DNA from: Podarcis tiliguerta
Taxonomy: Eukaryota
Assembly: GCA_965153285.1 (NCBI GenBank)
Contig: OZ229111.1
Direction: 5' to 3' (one strand)
Length of the DNA stretch: 64,000 nucleotides
Within the stretch, counting starts at the first letter, position 1. Each line of letters begins with the position of its first letter. Below are positions 58,901 to 64,000 of this stretch, piece after piece. The notes beneath the pieces were generated by a model that was not told the DNA's origin, did no database searches, and saw only the letters and a program-made list of their open reading frames with translations. A program made the position numbers and the translations under genes.

Positions 58901-59896
58901 CTTCAGAAGCAGCTTGAGAAGCTTGGAAAAACTCCATTCCAGCTTTTCACTTCAGCCGTGAGCCCTCTTCACTTCAGAGGCTTCTTATCTTGGCTGCCCA
59001 TAAATCATGAAGCCTTTGGCTCGACTCCCAGGCCAAAGCCTTATACCGCTTGGGACCACGATACGGAAAATATCATCTCACCCCATGTATACGCAACTGA
59101 TCACCATGCTCTGCAGGAGTAGCAGGGCCTTCTGCAGACACCATCTCATCATGAGATTCATTCCATACACTGTAGGAGCCTTTAGTGTTATGGCACCCAC
59201 TTTCTGGAATTCCAATACAGTGGTACCTCTAGATGCGAACGGGATCCGTTCCGGAGCCCCGTTCGCATCTAGAAGCAAATGTAACCCTTGTCCGCGCATC
59301 TGCGCATGCGCGGGTCACGTTTCGTTGCTTCTGCGCATTACGTCATTTTGAGTGTCTGTGCATGAACAAGTGGCGAAACCCGGAAGTAGCGCGCTCCGTT
59401 ACTTCCGGGTTGCCGCGGAGCGCAACTCGAACGCGCTCATCCCGAAGCACATTCAACCCGAGGTATGACTGTACCTGTCAGACAGATGCTATCTCTATGA
59501 TCTTTTTGGCACCTGTTGAAGACTTTCCTCTTCCAACAAACCTTTCAAGTGGACATTTTTATCCCAGTTGTATCTGCATTGAACCTGAAACTACATTTAA
59601 TAGCTGTTTCATTATTGTTAAATTGCTTCAAGATTGTTTATGGGGAGAGACTCGTAAACAAAATGAGATAAACCAACGCAACAAACCCATGTCTCCAGCC
59701 TGCCCTCACCTGGGTGATGCTCCACGATGCCTTGCAGCATCTCAGGTGGGTGGACACAGACATTGTTCTTGGAGTAGATAATCCCCCCATCCAAGACGGA
59801 AGACGAGCCGCCACCACTGCTGCTGCTGCTGGCATTTAAGGTCAGGAGGTCAGATGCTTTCGAAGAGGCACGTCGGAGGAGTCTTCCCAGAGACAT
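17131..59896 (-). CDS. TBC1D16: TBC1 domain family member 16 (Rab GTPase-activating protein), spliced CDS: join(59896-59710,57414-56787,31816-31619,26586-26439,24225-24058,23412-23264,22370-22236,21508-21322,19835-19656,17777-17631,17376-17131), 2373 nt, 790 aa
   Basis: Exon translations match vertebrate TBC1D16 (MSLGRLLRRASSKASDLL..., YITPESSPVRKAP, LEQICGVFRVDLG, TBC Arg finger VDKDVVR, Gln finger YSQGMSDL). All junctions are GT-AG and exon lengths sum to a multiple of 3 ending in TGA. Confidence 0.97.
17631..17777 (-). CDS. TBC1D16: TBC1D16 exon 11 (147 nt)
   Basis: GTTGCAG|ACA; TDYFHLFICVAIV...MHMNGELILRK; AAG|GTAAA. Confidence 0.96.
18085..18290 (+). mobile_element. Old CORE/MIR-like SINE
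   Basis: tRNA-like GTGTAGCGGTTAGAGC head, GGCCTTGGGGCAGTCA and AGGGTTGTTGTGAGGATAAA core. Confidence 0.6.
18485..18657 (-). mobile_element. L2 3' tail with (TAT)n/(TTTA)n microsatellite
   Basis: Reverse complement of the L2 end at 4480-4630. Confidence 0.85.
18791..18931. mobile_element. Old palindromic hAT MITE
   Basis: CAGGGATAGGCAACGT...ACGTTGGCTGCCCCTG, related to the 136-bp family. Confidence 0.6.
19656..19835 (-). CDS. TBC1D16: TBC1D16 exon 10 (180 nt)
   Basis: CTTTGCCAG|ATG; MYLRELLRL...FCHRWILLCFKREF...WEACWAHYQ; CAG|GTAAG. Confidence 0.96.
20130..20481 (+). mobile_element. Sauria SINE, full length (intron 9)
   Basis: GGGACGCGGGTGGC...CCTTTACCTTT; TSD TATCCCTGGTGCT (20114-20126, 20482-20494). 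Confidence 0.92.
20522..20830 (+). mobile_element. Degenerate L2/CR1-group apurinic endonuclease (APE) N-terminal fragment
   Basis: Reads VLLLTIRSVCRKTMLVHDLIVDE / (frameshift) GADLVRITKAWVG, resembling the LLNARS..K..IHDLI..ADL.CITETW APE motif. Confidence 0.6.
21322..21508 (-). CDS. TBC1D16: TBC1D16 exon 9 (187 nt), Gln finger
   Basis: CTCTTCCTAG|G; RILLNYAVYNPAIGYSQGMSDLVAP...DMEKQL; CTG|GTGAG. Confidence 0.96.
21580..21947 (-). mobile_element. Chimeric DNA transposon with captured L2 3' end, copy B (intron 8)
   Basis: Left TIR CAGACCCTCCAA at 21947; three right-end units; L2 tail 21747-21626; TGAGCA duplicated at 21574-21579 and 21948-21953. Confidence 0.75.
22236..22370 (-). CDS. TBC1D16: TBC1D16 exon 8 (135 nt), catalytic Arg finger (not in the ORF track)
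   Basis: GCGCCTAG|G; LSLTPEEQKAFWRNVQFTVDKDVVRTDRSNQFFRGENNPNVETM; AG|GTGATT. Confidence 0.95.
22519..22766. mobile_element. Tigger-like MITE with CAAGACGAA internal repeats
   Basis: TA|CAGTGGTACCTTGCAAGACGAA...TTCGTCTTGCGAGGCACCACTG|TA. Confidence 0.85.
23161..23217. repeat. (AAAG)n microsatellite
   Basis: Directly visible. Confidence 0.95.
23264..23412 (-). CDS. TBC1D16: TBC1D16 exon 7 (149 nt), start of TBC domain
   Basis: CCTCCCCAG|GCT; AIFFGGIDVSIRGEVWPFLL...QQK; AG|GTAATG. Confidence 0.96.
24058..24225 (-). CDS. TBC1D16: TBC1D16 exon 6 (168 nt; NAGNAG acceptor)
   Basis: TAG|CAG| acceptor; QLTDVKTCMQFSIRRPKLPSSETHPEE...EYKLRK; AAG|GTGAG. Confidence 0.95.
25512..25764 (-). mobile_element. 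Squam3-type (CORE) SINE with (CTT)n tail
   Basis: GAGAGCCAATGTGGTGTAGTGGTTAAGAGC head...ATCCAAACTCTTCTTCTT; highly similar to 58143-58394. Confidence 0.85.
25862..26260 (-). mobile_element. Old L2 3' fragment
   Basis: ICKALGNLGPEYL motif and an L2-type tail ending ...GGGCAGTTTATAAAT...GAATGAATGA. Confidence 0.55.
26439..26586 (-). CDS. TBC1D16: TBC1D16 exon 5 (148 nt)
   Basis: TTTTCCTTCAG|T; DEACTSGQLVVASRESQYKIFHFHHGGLDKL...KDQ; CAG|GTAAG. Confidence 0.96.
27977..28218. mobile_element. Tigger-like MITE
   Basis: TA|CAATGGTACCTTGGTTCTC...GAGAACCAAGGGACCACTG|TA. Confidence 0.85.
28244..28376. mobile_element. Penelope-like element remnant (inverted pLTR fragment)
   Basis: AGGTAGGCAGCCGTGTTGGTCTG..., CTGAAGAAGTGTGC and GTTGGTCTCTAAGGTGCTACTGG match the recalled squamate Penelope pLTR; inverted AAATAAATAAAAAA/TTTTTTATTTATTT; TSD-like TGT[C/A]TTTGTGG. 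Confidence 0.55.
28916..29060. mobile_element. Old palindromic hAT MITE
   Basis: CAGGAGTGAGGAACCT...AGGTTCCCTATGCCTG. Confidence 0.55.
29648..29692. repeat. (CTATA)n pentanucleotide repeat
   Basis: Directly visible. Confidence 0.95.
29700..29871 (+). mobile_element. Squam2-like tRNA SINE (diverged)
   Basis: GGTAGAGCATG...GTTCAACCCCTGGC...AAACCCTGGAG...TAAGGCAATTTCCT. Confidence 0.65.
30098..30233. mobile_element. 136-bp palindromic hAT-Charlie-like MITE
   Basis: About 58-bp arms with 3 mismatches; perfect TSD GTCTAGTC (30090-30097, 30234-30241). Confidence 0.92.
30855..31095. mobile_element. Tigger-like MITE
   Basis: TA|CAGTGGTACCTCAGTTTA...TAAACCGAGGTACCACTG. Confidence 0.85.
31619..31816 (-). 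CDS. TBC1D16: TBC1D16 exon 4 (198 nt; alternative in-frame acceptor at 31780 gives 162 nt)
   Basis: First AG after a long pyrimidine tract (GTGTAG|C), reading EPCESHMTRSASSNSS...RWDEQQKVFALEQICGVFRVDLGQMRSLRLFF; donor AG|GTAGGA. The 5' boundary is less certain. Confidence 0.88.
33160..33238. repeat. Compound (TG)n(TC)n(TG)n microsatellite
   Basis: Directly visible. Confidence 0.95.
33673..33824 (+). mobile_element. tRNA-Ile-headed, CR1-tailed SINE (anticodon GAT)
   Basis: TAGCTCAGTTGGTTAGAGCGTGGTGCT-GAT-AATGCCAAGG...GGTTCGATCCCCGTA followed by the CR1 tail and (GATTCTAY)n. The acceptor stem does not pair, so it is not a tRNA gene. Confidence 0.85.
34884..34932. repeat. (TC)n(CA)n microsatellite
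   Basis: Directly visible. Confidence 0.95.
34979..35231. mobile_element. Tigger-like MITE (related to 59218-59471)
   Basis: TA|CAGTCATACCTC...GAGGTACCACTG|TA; CpG-rich. Confidence 0.85.
36799..37598. mobile_element. hAT-Charlie-like non-autonomous element hosting a BovB insertion
   Basis: CAGGGATGTCCAAC...GTTGGCCACCCCTG; perfect TSD ATCTAGAG (36791-36798, 37599-37606). Confidence 0.88.
36888..37280 (-). mobile_element. BovB (RTE) LINE, 5'-truncated
   Basis: ORF RVPWTARRSNQSILKEISPECSLEGQILKLRLQYFGHLMRR...VHGVTKSRTRLND; (CAA)n tail; TSD ATCCCTTTCCTT (36876-36887, 37281-37292). Confidence 0.93.
38402..38754 (-). mobile_element. Sauria SINE, full length
   Basis: TSD GTCCAGG[C/A]CTGTA (38389-38401, 38755-38767). 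Confidence 0.92.
42446..42794 (-). mobile_element. Sauria SINE, full length
   Basis: TSD TTAAAAACTGTA (42434-42445, 42795-42806). Confidence 0.92.
43465..43816 (+). mobile_element. Sauria SINE, older or different subfamily
   Basis: GGGACGTGGTGGCGCTGTGG head, CCTGCCAACCTAGCAGTT body with an extra CTTCCGTCACGGTGTCC segment, CCTTTACCTTTA tail. Confidence 0.85.
43892..44178 (+). mobile_element. BovB LINE 3' fragment with internal deletion
   Basis: LDSILKSRDITLPTKVRIIKAMVFPVVMYGSESWTIKKADRRRIDAFELWCWRRLLRVPWTAR, then a jump to the 3' end; (CAA)n tail; TSD ATATCTATCTA. Confidence 0.9.
45952..45970 (-). promoter_or_regulatory. CTCF-binding motif (reverse orientation)
   Basis: Minus strand GTCCAGTAGATGGCGCACT fits the core consensus CCASYAGRKGGCRS; lies in non-repeat sequence. 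Confidence 0.6.
46271..46406. mobile_element. 136-bp palindromic hAT MITE
   Basis: TSD GCCTAGAC (46263-46270, 46407-46414); inverted relative to the 30098 copy. Confidence 0.9.
46422..46677. mobile_element. hAT-Charlie-like MITE
   Basis: CAGTGGTGTCCAAA...TTTGGACATGCCTG; TSD CTCTAGAG (46414-46421, 46678-46685). Confidence 0.88.
48154..48351 (-). mobile_element. Squam2-like tRNA SINE, full length
   Basis: Minus strand GGGAAAGGGG...CAGTGGAAGAG...CCAGGTTCAATCCCCAGCATCTCC...GAGCTAGATGGACCAGTGG...AAGGCAGTTTCCTGTGTTCCT. Confidence 0.75.
48441..48784 (+). mobile_element. Sauria SINE, full length
   Basis: TSD CTAAC[G/A]ATACAGCTA (48426-48440, 48785-48799). Confidence 0.92.
48825..49060. mobile_element. 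Tigger-like MITE (diverged)
   Basis: TA|CAGG...CCTG|TA; GGGGTTACGTTC motif shared with a short relative at about 47187-47268. Confidence 0.6.
52689..53412 (-). mobile_element. Probable solo LTR
   Basis: Right end CCAGAACA and left end TTCTGG form a short inverted pair; ATAT flanks on both sides; minus-strand AATAAA (about 52817-52822) followed by a U5-like segment. Confidence 0.5.
53547..53696. mobile_element. hAT (Tip100/Ac-like) MITE containing CCCTAA units
   Basis: TIRs CAGTGGCGTAG[C/T]GTGGG (16/17); perfect TSD GCAAAGAC (53539-53546, 53697-53704); CpG-rich. Confidence 0.9.
55283..55425 (-). mobile_element. tRNA-Ile-headed, CR1-tailed SINE (anticodon GAT), second copy
   Basis: Minus strand GATAGCCGAGTTGGTTAAAGTGTGGTGCTGATAATGCCAAG...GGTTCGATCCC...CCTTCCAACTCTACAGTTCTATGATTCTAT. 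Confidence 0.8.
55630..55663 (+). promoter_or_regulatory. Bipartite CTCF-like motif (upstream module plus core, forward orientation)
   Basis: TGCAATATA-N6-AGGCCACACGAGGGCACCC; spacing fits the extended CTCF motif, core has mismatches. Confidence 0.45.
56787..57414 (-). CDS. TBC1D16: TBC1D16 exon 3 (628 nt)
   Basis: Acceptor TTCTTTCATAG|GC; YLCLYMEKDE...DSDSDAFSSPFCLSPIS...; donor AG|GTGAGT. Confidence 0.96.
57870..57997 (+). mobile_element. Squam2-like SINE fragment
   Basis: GGTTCAATCCCTG...CCTGAAACCCTGGAGAGTTGCTGCC...TAAGGCAACTTCCT. Confidence 0.65.
58143..58394 (-). mobile_element. Squam3-type SINE
   Basis: Highly similar to 25512-25764. Confidence 0.85.
58830..59680 (+). mobile_element. 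Old L2 3' fragment interrupted by a Tigger-like MITE
   Basis: Degenerate WLP / ALY.LGP / AFSVMAPTFWNS motifs; continues after 59473. Confidence 0.55.
59218..59471. mobile_element. Tigger-like MITE, young (CpG-rich)
   Basis: TA|CAGTGGTACCTC...GAGGTATGACTG|TA. Confidence 0.88.
59710..59896 (-). CDS. TBC1D16: TBC1D16 first coding exon (exon 2; whole exon probably 59959-59710 with 63 nt of 5' UTR)
   Basis: ATG at 59896 (GCA-ATG-T), MSLGRLL...VEHHP(G); donor G|GTGAG at 59710/59709; acceptor CTTTCTCTCCTTTTCCCCTGGGCAG ending at 59960. Confidence 0.95.
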
Positions 59897-62640
59897 TGCC
59901 AAGGGAGTGTTTCCATTCTCTGTTGACTCCACTTAAGCACCTAATTCAGACAGTCAAGTCTGCCCAGGGGAAAAGGAGAGAAAGTGTCAGAAAGAGAACA
60001 ACAACAGGTAGAATGGACAGAAAGACACATACTGCTTGCCTTCGTGCAAAAGGAGGTGAAACCTTGAGTGCCATAAGACACTGTCTCAGTCACATGAGGT
60101 TAGTGGGGAAAATAATACAATACTTGAGAGAATAAGAAAGTCTTTTTTTCAAAAAAAATAAAACCCACTCCAACACAGTTTAGGCAACCACTTCAAGAAA
60201 AATGAGCTGTGGACCACAAAAGTGTATGCTGCCACAGCAGATTGGTTAAATATTTGTGGGACCACAAGGCTTACTGTAGAGTTCTTGTCTGCAGTTCAAC
60301 AGAGAGATGAGGTGGCCCAGAAAAAATGAGGGAACCCCCCCCCCCAAAAAAAACCCATCCTCTTTCCAACTCCATACCACCTTAATATGTAACAACAGAG
60401 GGACTTTCTTCAAGAGCTATGCAATCACATTTTGGAACAGAAGCTGTCTGAAAAGGAGGATGAATTTTAGCTGAGAATGCACCAGGTATTTTCAATAAGC
60501 ATTTCTGCCATCATCACTTATTTCCTTTGGATCTCTGCAGAGTGATGTTGGAAACACCTTGCCCAGGAGTGCAATTTGGGAACTGCTGTGGCTATTGTTT
60601 CTTTTGTAGCATAGTGACAAGCCCCTGTATACATAGCCTCTGACTCCTCTTGAAAATGGAGCTTGTCAAGCAACACGTTCCTGCCATCAACAGCTTCAGA
60701 TATGAACTGGCTCCAAAGGTCCAACAGAAAAAAACAAGCCAAGGGAAAACTGATCCCACTCAAAGCCTCCCCTCCAAGCACAGTTGTTCCTTTTTAGTCA
60801 GTACTCTTTGTTCCCAGGGTCAGCTTAACCCGGTCTGGTTTCTATGGTCCCTGTAGCAACACCTGGATATACCAGGTGAGGCATCCCCTGCAATACAAGA
60901 TTCAAGGGCTTTCTGGTCTGTGCATGAAAAGGCAAGCAGAAAATGAAAGAAAGAGAAATATCAGGAAGCAAGCCTAGATCAAACCTTACTGTGTGCCTGT
61001 CCCCCTAAATAATTAACAGGAAAGCAGGCTGGAAAAAATGCATGCATAAGCTAACACATGCAGATACAGGAGAGAGACAGTCAGAGATGCATAAAGGAGA
61101 GAAGGAAGGAGGAAACAAAAAAACGGCAGATGCACTAATAGCAACAGACCTAAAAATCACACTATATAAAAGCCAAGAAGCTATTTATACACACAAATAG
61201 TTCACTTTCTACCTGTTCTTAAAATTATGGCTTCCCCTCCTTCCTTCTAGAACATCTCCCTTTGCATCTAGAACATCTCCCTTTGCACCTTCTGCCAACC
61301 CCATTACCTAGAGAACATGAGTTTTCCTTTCCTCCACTGCAGCAGCATGTATGTACCATGGGAGGGGAGACAGGACATACCTCTCCTCTAGTATCAAAGC
61401 AGAGGCAGTACATTTTTGCAGTGCTGGGCAGGGAGGACAGCCTCCTCCTTCCCCAGTGGTATGATCTCCACACAGAGAGAGAATGTGTTCATCTGCCTGC
61501 TGATATGTATGCATGCTACATGTGTCGTCTGTGTGTGTACTGTATATGCATGAGTGCAGTTGCGATATGTATGTGTGCTGTGTTCAAACATGAAAGTGAA
61601 CATACAGTGGCCATGCCCACCACTGGCATGCACCTCCAATGCGGTCCTCAGGCCAAAACAGGTTAGCCACTCCTGAATTAAAGCCTATTCCATCTGTACC
61701 ATGCACCTGGCACTACAATGGCTGCAGCACCTCCTTACTAGGGTTCAAGTGAGGAAGCATGTTAAGGAACTACACGGATTTGAGAGTAATTTGCCAGAGG
61801 GCAGCTCTTAAGATGCTGGTTTTCAGAAAGTGCATCCCATCATCCTTATGGAGGAGTATATTCCTTAAACATTCTGATAAGGTGACCCGGTTATTTCACC
61901 AAGACATCTTTGAAATTTCACATGCTACTCTCCACCACTGCCAAACACACACTTCCAGGTCAAACCAGGCTCAAGAGCTCTTGATCCATGTATATCTCTG
62001 GTCTCACTGAAAAACACAGACAAAACGAAGGTGCTCACACTTCTGAGGAGAGGAGCAAAACTGCTTGCAGCCATGTTGTTCCTCTGTATTGTGCAGCAAG
62101 CCTTGTGTATTGTTGAGCTTGTGTGACAGTGTCATGATGCAGTAGTGTCTTACTGGCAGAGTCAGGGAGCAGAAGATGCATCCACAGGGGAAAAAAATGC
62201 AAAGGCAGCATTTCCTCTGGAAGAAAGAGGTGGGGAAAAAAATCTGGCCTGCTCAGGCACAAACTCACATGTTTTCCCAGCTATTTTCTCCAGGGGCCTG
62301 AAGCAGCAGTAGATTGACCCCCTTATGGAATGAAAAGCAGCCTCGCGTTATCACCAGCTTTTGCTGAGCAAAAGCAAAATAGCTGCTGAACATGAAAAGG
62401 GTTTTGGGGGTTTTTTGCCCACGATGAGGATCTAAAAGCAAACAAACATGCCACCTGATCCTACACTGAACTTAATCTCTCTTGCTACACACAAAGAGTG
62501 TTGTTCAACAGGCTTAAGAACCTCTGAATGACAGTGCTTGGGAAACCCAAGATAGCATATGACATGAATACTACATTTCAGAGAACGCAGGGCTTATCAG
62601 GCCGGGAGGAGAAAAGTGGTTGCATCAATCCCAAGCCATT

Positions 62641-62969
62641 AGGGCCACAGATAAGCAGTAGTGCACCTGCTTTTCCTGCAGAAGGTCCCAGGTTCAATCT
62701 GGTCCCTCTAGTTTGGGCAGGTGAAAGACCCCTGTCTGAAACCCTGGTGAGCTGCTGCCTGCTACAGTAGACCAGCCTTCCCAGCCTGGTGCTTTTCAGA
62801 CATGATGGACTCCATCTCCCATTAGTCCAAAAAAGCATAGCTTAATGGCCATGGGCAATGAGAGCTGCAGTCCACCAACATCTGGGGGCTGGGGAATACT
62901 GGTACAGACAACACGGAGCTAAGTAAACCAATGGTCCGACTCTGTGTAAAGCAAATTCCTGTGCTCCTA
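62641..62969 (+). mobile_element. Squam2-like SINE interrupted by an old hAT MITE (about 62773-62901)
   Basis: GCAGAAGGTCCCAGGTTCAATC...CAGTAGAC|CAGCCTTCCC...GGAATACTG|...ACCAATGGTCCGACTC. Confidence 0.65.
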
Positions 62970-63099
62970 TGAATGTATCAGTGGGCACAGCATGGTTGCT
63001 CTGCTTCCATGGTTAATGCCACTGCATCCCAGCAATGCATAACCTTCTTTCCACATGGCTCAGACGTGCATCATGTTTACAAAACACAGAAGCAACGTA

Positions 63100-63942
63100 C
63101 CGTATTTTTCCGTGTATAAGACTTTAAAAAATAGTAAAAAACCTGGGGTTGTCTTGTACACAGAACATGGGCACCTGGAGGGATTTTTTAAATATTTAAG
63201 CATATATCCGGGATTTTGGCTTGGGCGGGCTGAGGCAGTTCCTCCTGCTGCCTCCTGAAGCACTCGCTGGCTCGACCACCGGAGCGAGAGCAGCTGCCAC
63301 TGCAAACTGCCTCATCATCATCATTTTATTTGTATGCTGCCTTTCCATAGTTAAAAACAATGCTCAAGCCGACTTACAACATGACAAGATTTACATAATT
63401 TTAAAAAGTCATAAGCAATAAATAAACCACATCTAAAAAATACACAACCAAGTGGAAAACAATTTCCACATGAATCAAAATCTAAAAATAAGAATGCAGC
63501 ATTCATATCACAGCTGCCTCTCCTTGCTCTTTCCTCTTTTTCCGCTTCCCCTCTCAAACTCCTACCCTGCCCCCAGCCCACTCACCACCTTCCTCAGCTC
63601 AGTTGGCTTGACGGCCTAGCCTGGCCCACAGGGGGCGCTGCCTTCCCCTGGCTCTACCTTGGTCTTCTGCTTGGAAGCTTCCTTCCCCCCGCTTCCCTGC
63701 AGCAGCTGCAGCTGCCACATGCGGTGCCCCAACCGCTGCCTTTGATTCTGCACCATGGAGCAGCACTGCATGCGCACCTCATGCTGCATGCGCACCTCAT
63801 GCCCCAAAAAAAATCAACAACTTGCTGCCACCGCTCATCCAGATTTTCACTTCTGGTTTAGGGTTTCGTTTTCTTAATTTTGGGTTCAAATAAATAGGGG
63901 TCATCACATACATGGAGGCATCTTATACATGGAAAAGTATGG
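63100..63942. mobile_element. Tc1/mariner (Tc2-like) non-autonomous element
   Basis: TA|CCGTATTTTTCCGTGTATAAGA ... TCTTATACATGGAAAAGTATGG|TA (19/22 TIR match); L2-like tail fragment inside at about 63310-63440. Confidence 0.75.
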
Positions 63943-63944
63943 TA

Positions 63945-64000
63945 CAGTGGTACCTCGGGTTACATACGCTTCAGGTTACATATGCTTCAGGTTACAGACT
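63945..64000. mobile_element. Tigger-like MITE, truncated by the window end
   Basis: TA|CAGTGGTACCTCGGGTTACA... Confidence 0.8.

Noticed and set aside
59897-59932. In-frame N-terminal extension 'MESTENGNTPLA'
   Set aside because: Begins at GTG immediately after an in-frame TAA; no evidence for near-cognate initiation.
60000-64000. TBC1D16 promoter or exon 1
   Set aside because: No CpG island or convincing first exon; CpGs near 63200-63800 lie inside a transposon.

Overview
Eukaryotic (vertebrate) genomic DNA, almost certainly a lacertid lizard (Podarcis/Lacerta-like), judged from Sauria SINE, Squam2/Squam3-type SINEs, BovB, CR1, L2 and hAT/Tc1-mariner MITEs. It holds one protein-coding gene, TBC1D16 (Rab-GAP), on the minus strand. 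I traced 11 coding exons (59896 to 17131) with GT-AG junctions and consistent phases, giving 2373 nt / 790 aa. The non-coding first exon and promoter are not recognisable and presumably lie beyond 64000. Positions 1 to about 16.3 kb are distal 3' UTR or intergenic. Most ORF-track entries are spurious or repeat-derived. I found no bacterial-type or CRISPR system and no second gene. The best leads are: (i) a two-copy chimeric DNA transposon carrying a captured L2 3' end, with apparent 6-bp TSDs; (ii) CR1-tailed SINEs with interchangeable tRNA-Ile/tRNA-Lys heads, the Ile head carrying a GAT anticodon that may be a reverse-transcribed inosine; (iii) a strong-Kozak uORF overlapping the TBC1D16 start; (iv) candidate poison microexon, alternative acceptors and an intron-5 internal promoter; (v) a divergent CTCF motif pair in intron 3. 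Repeat family names and human comparisons come from recall and need database confirmation.
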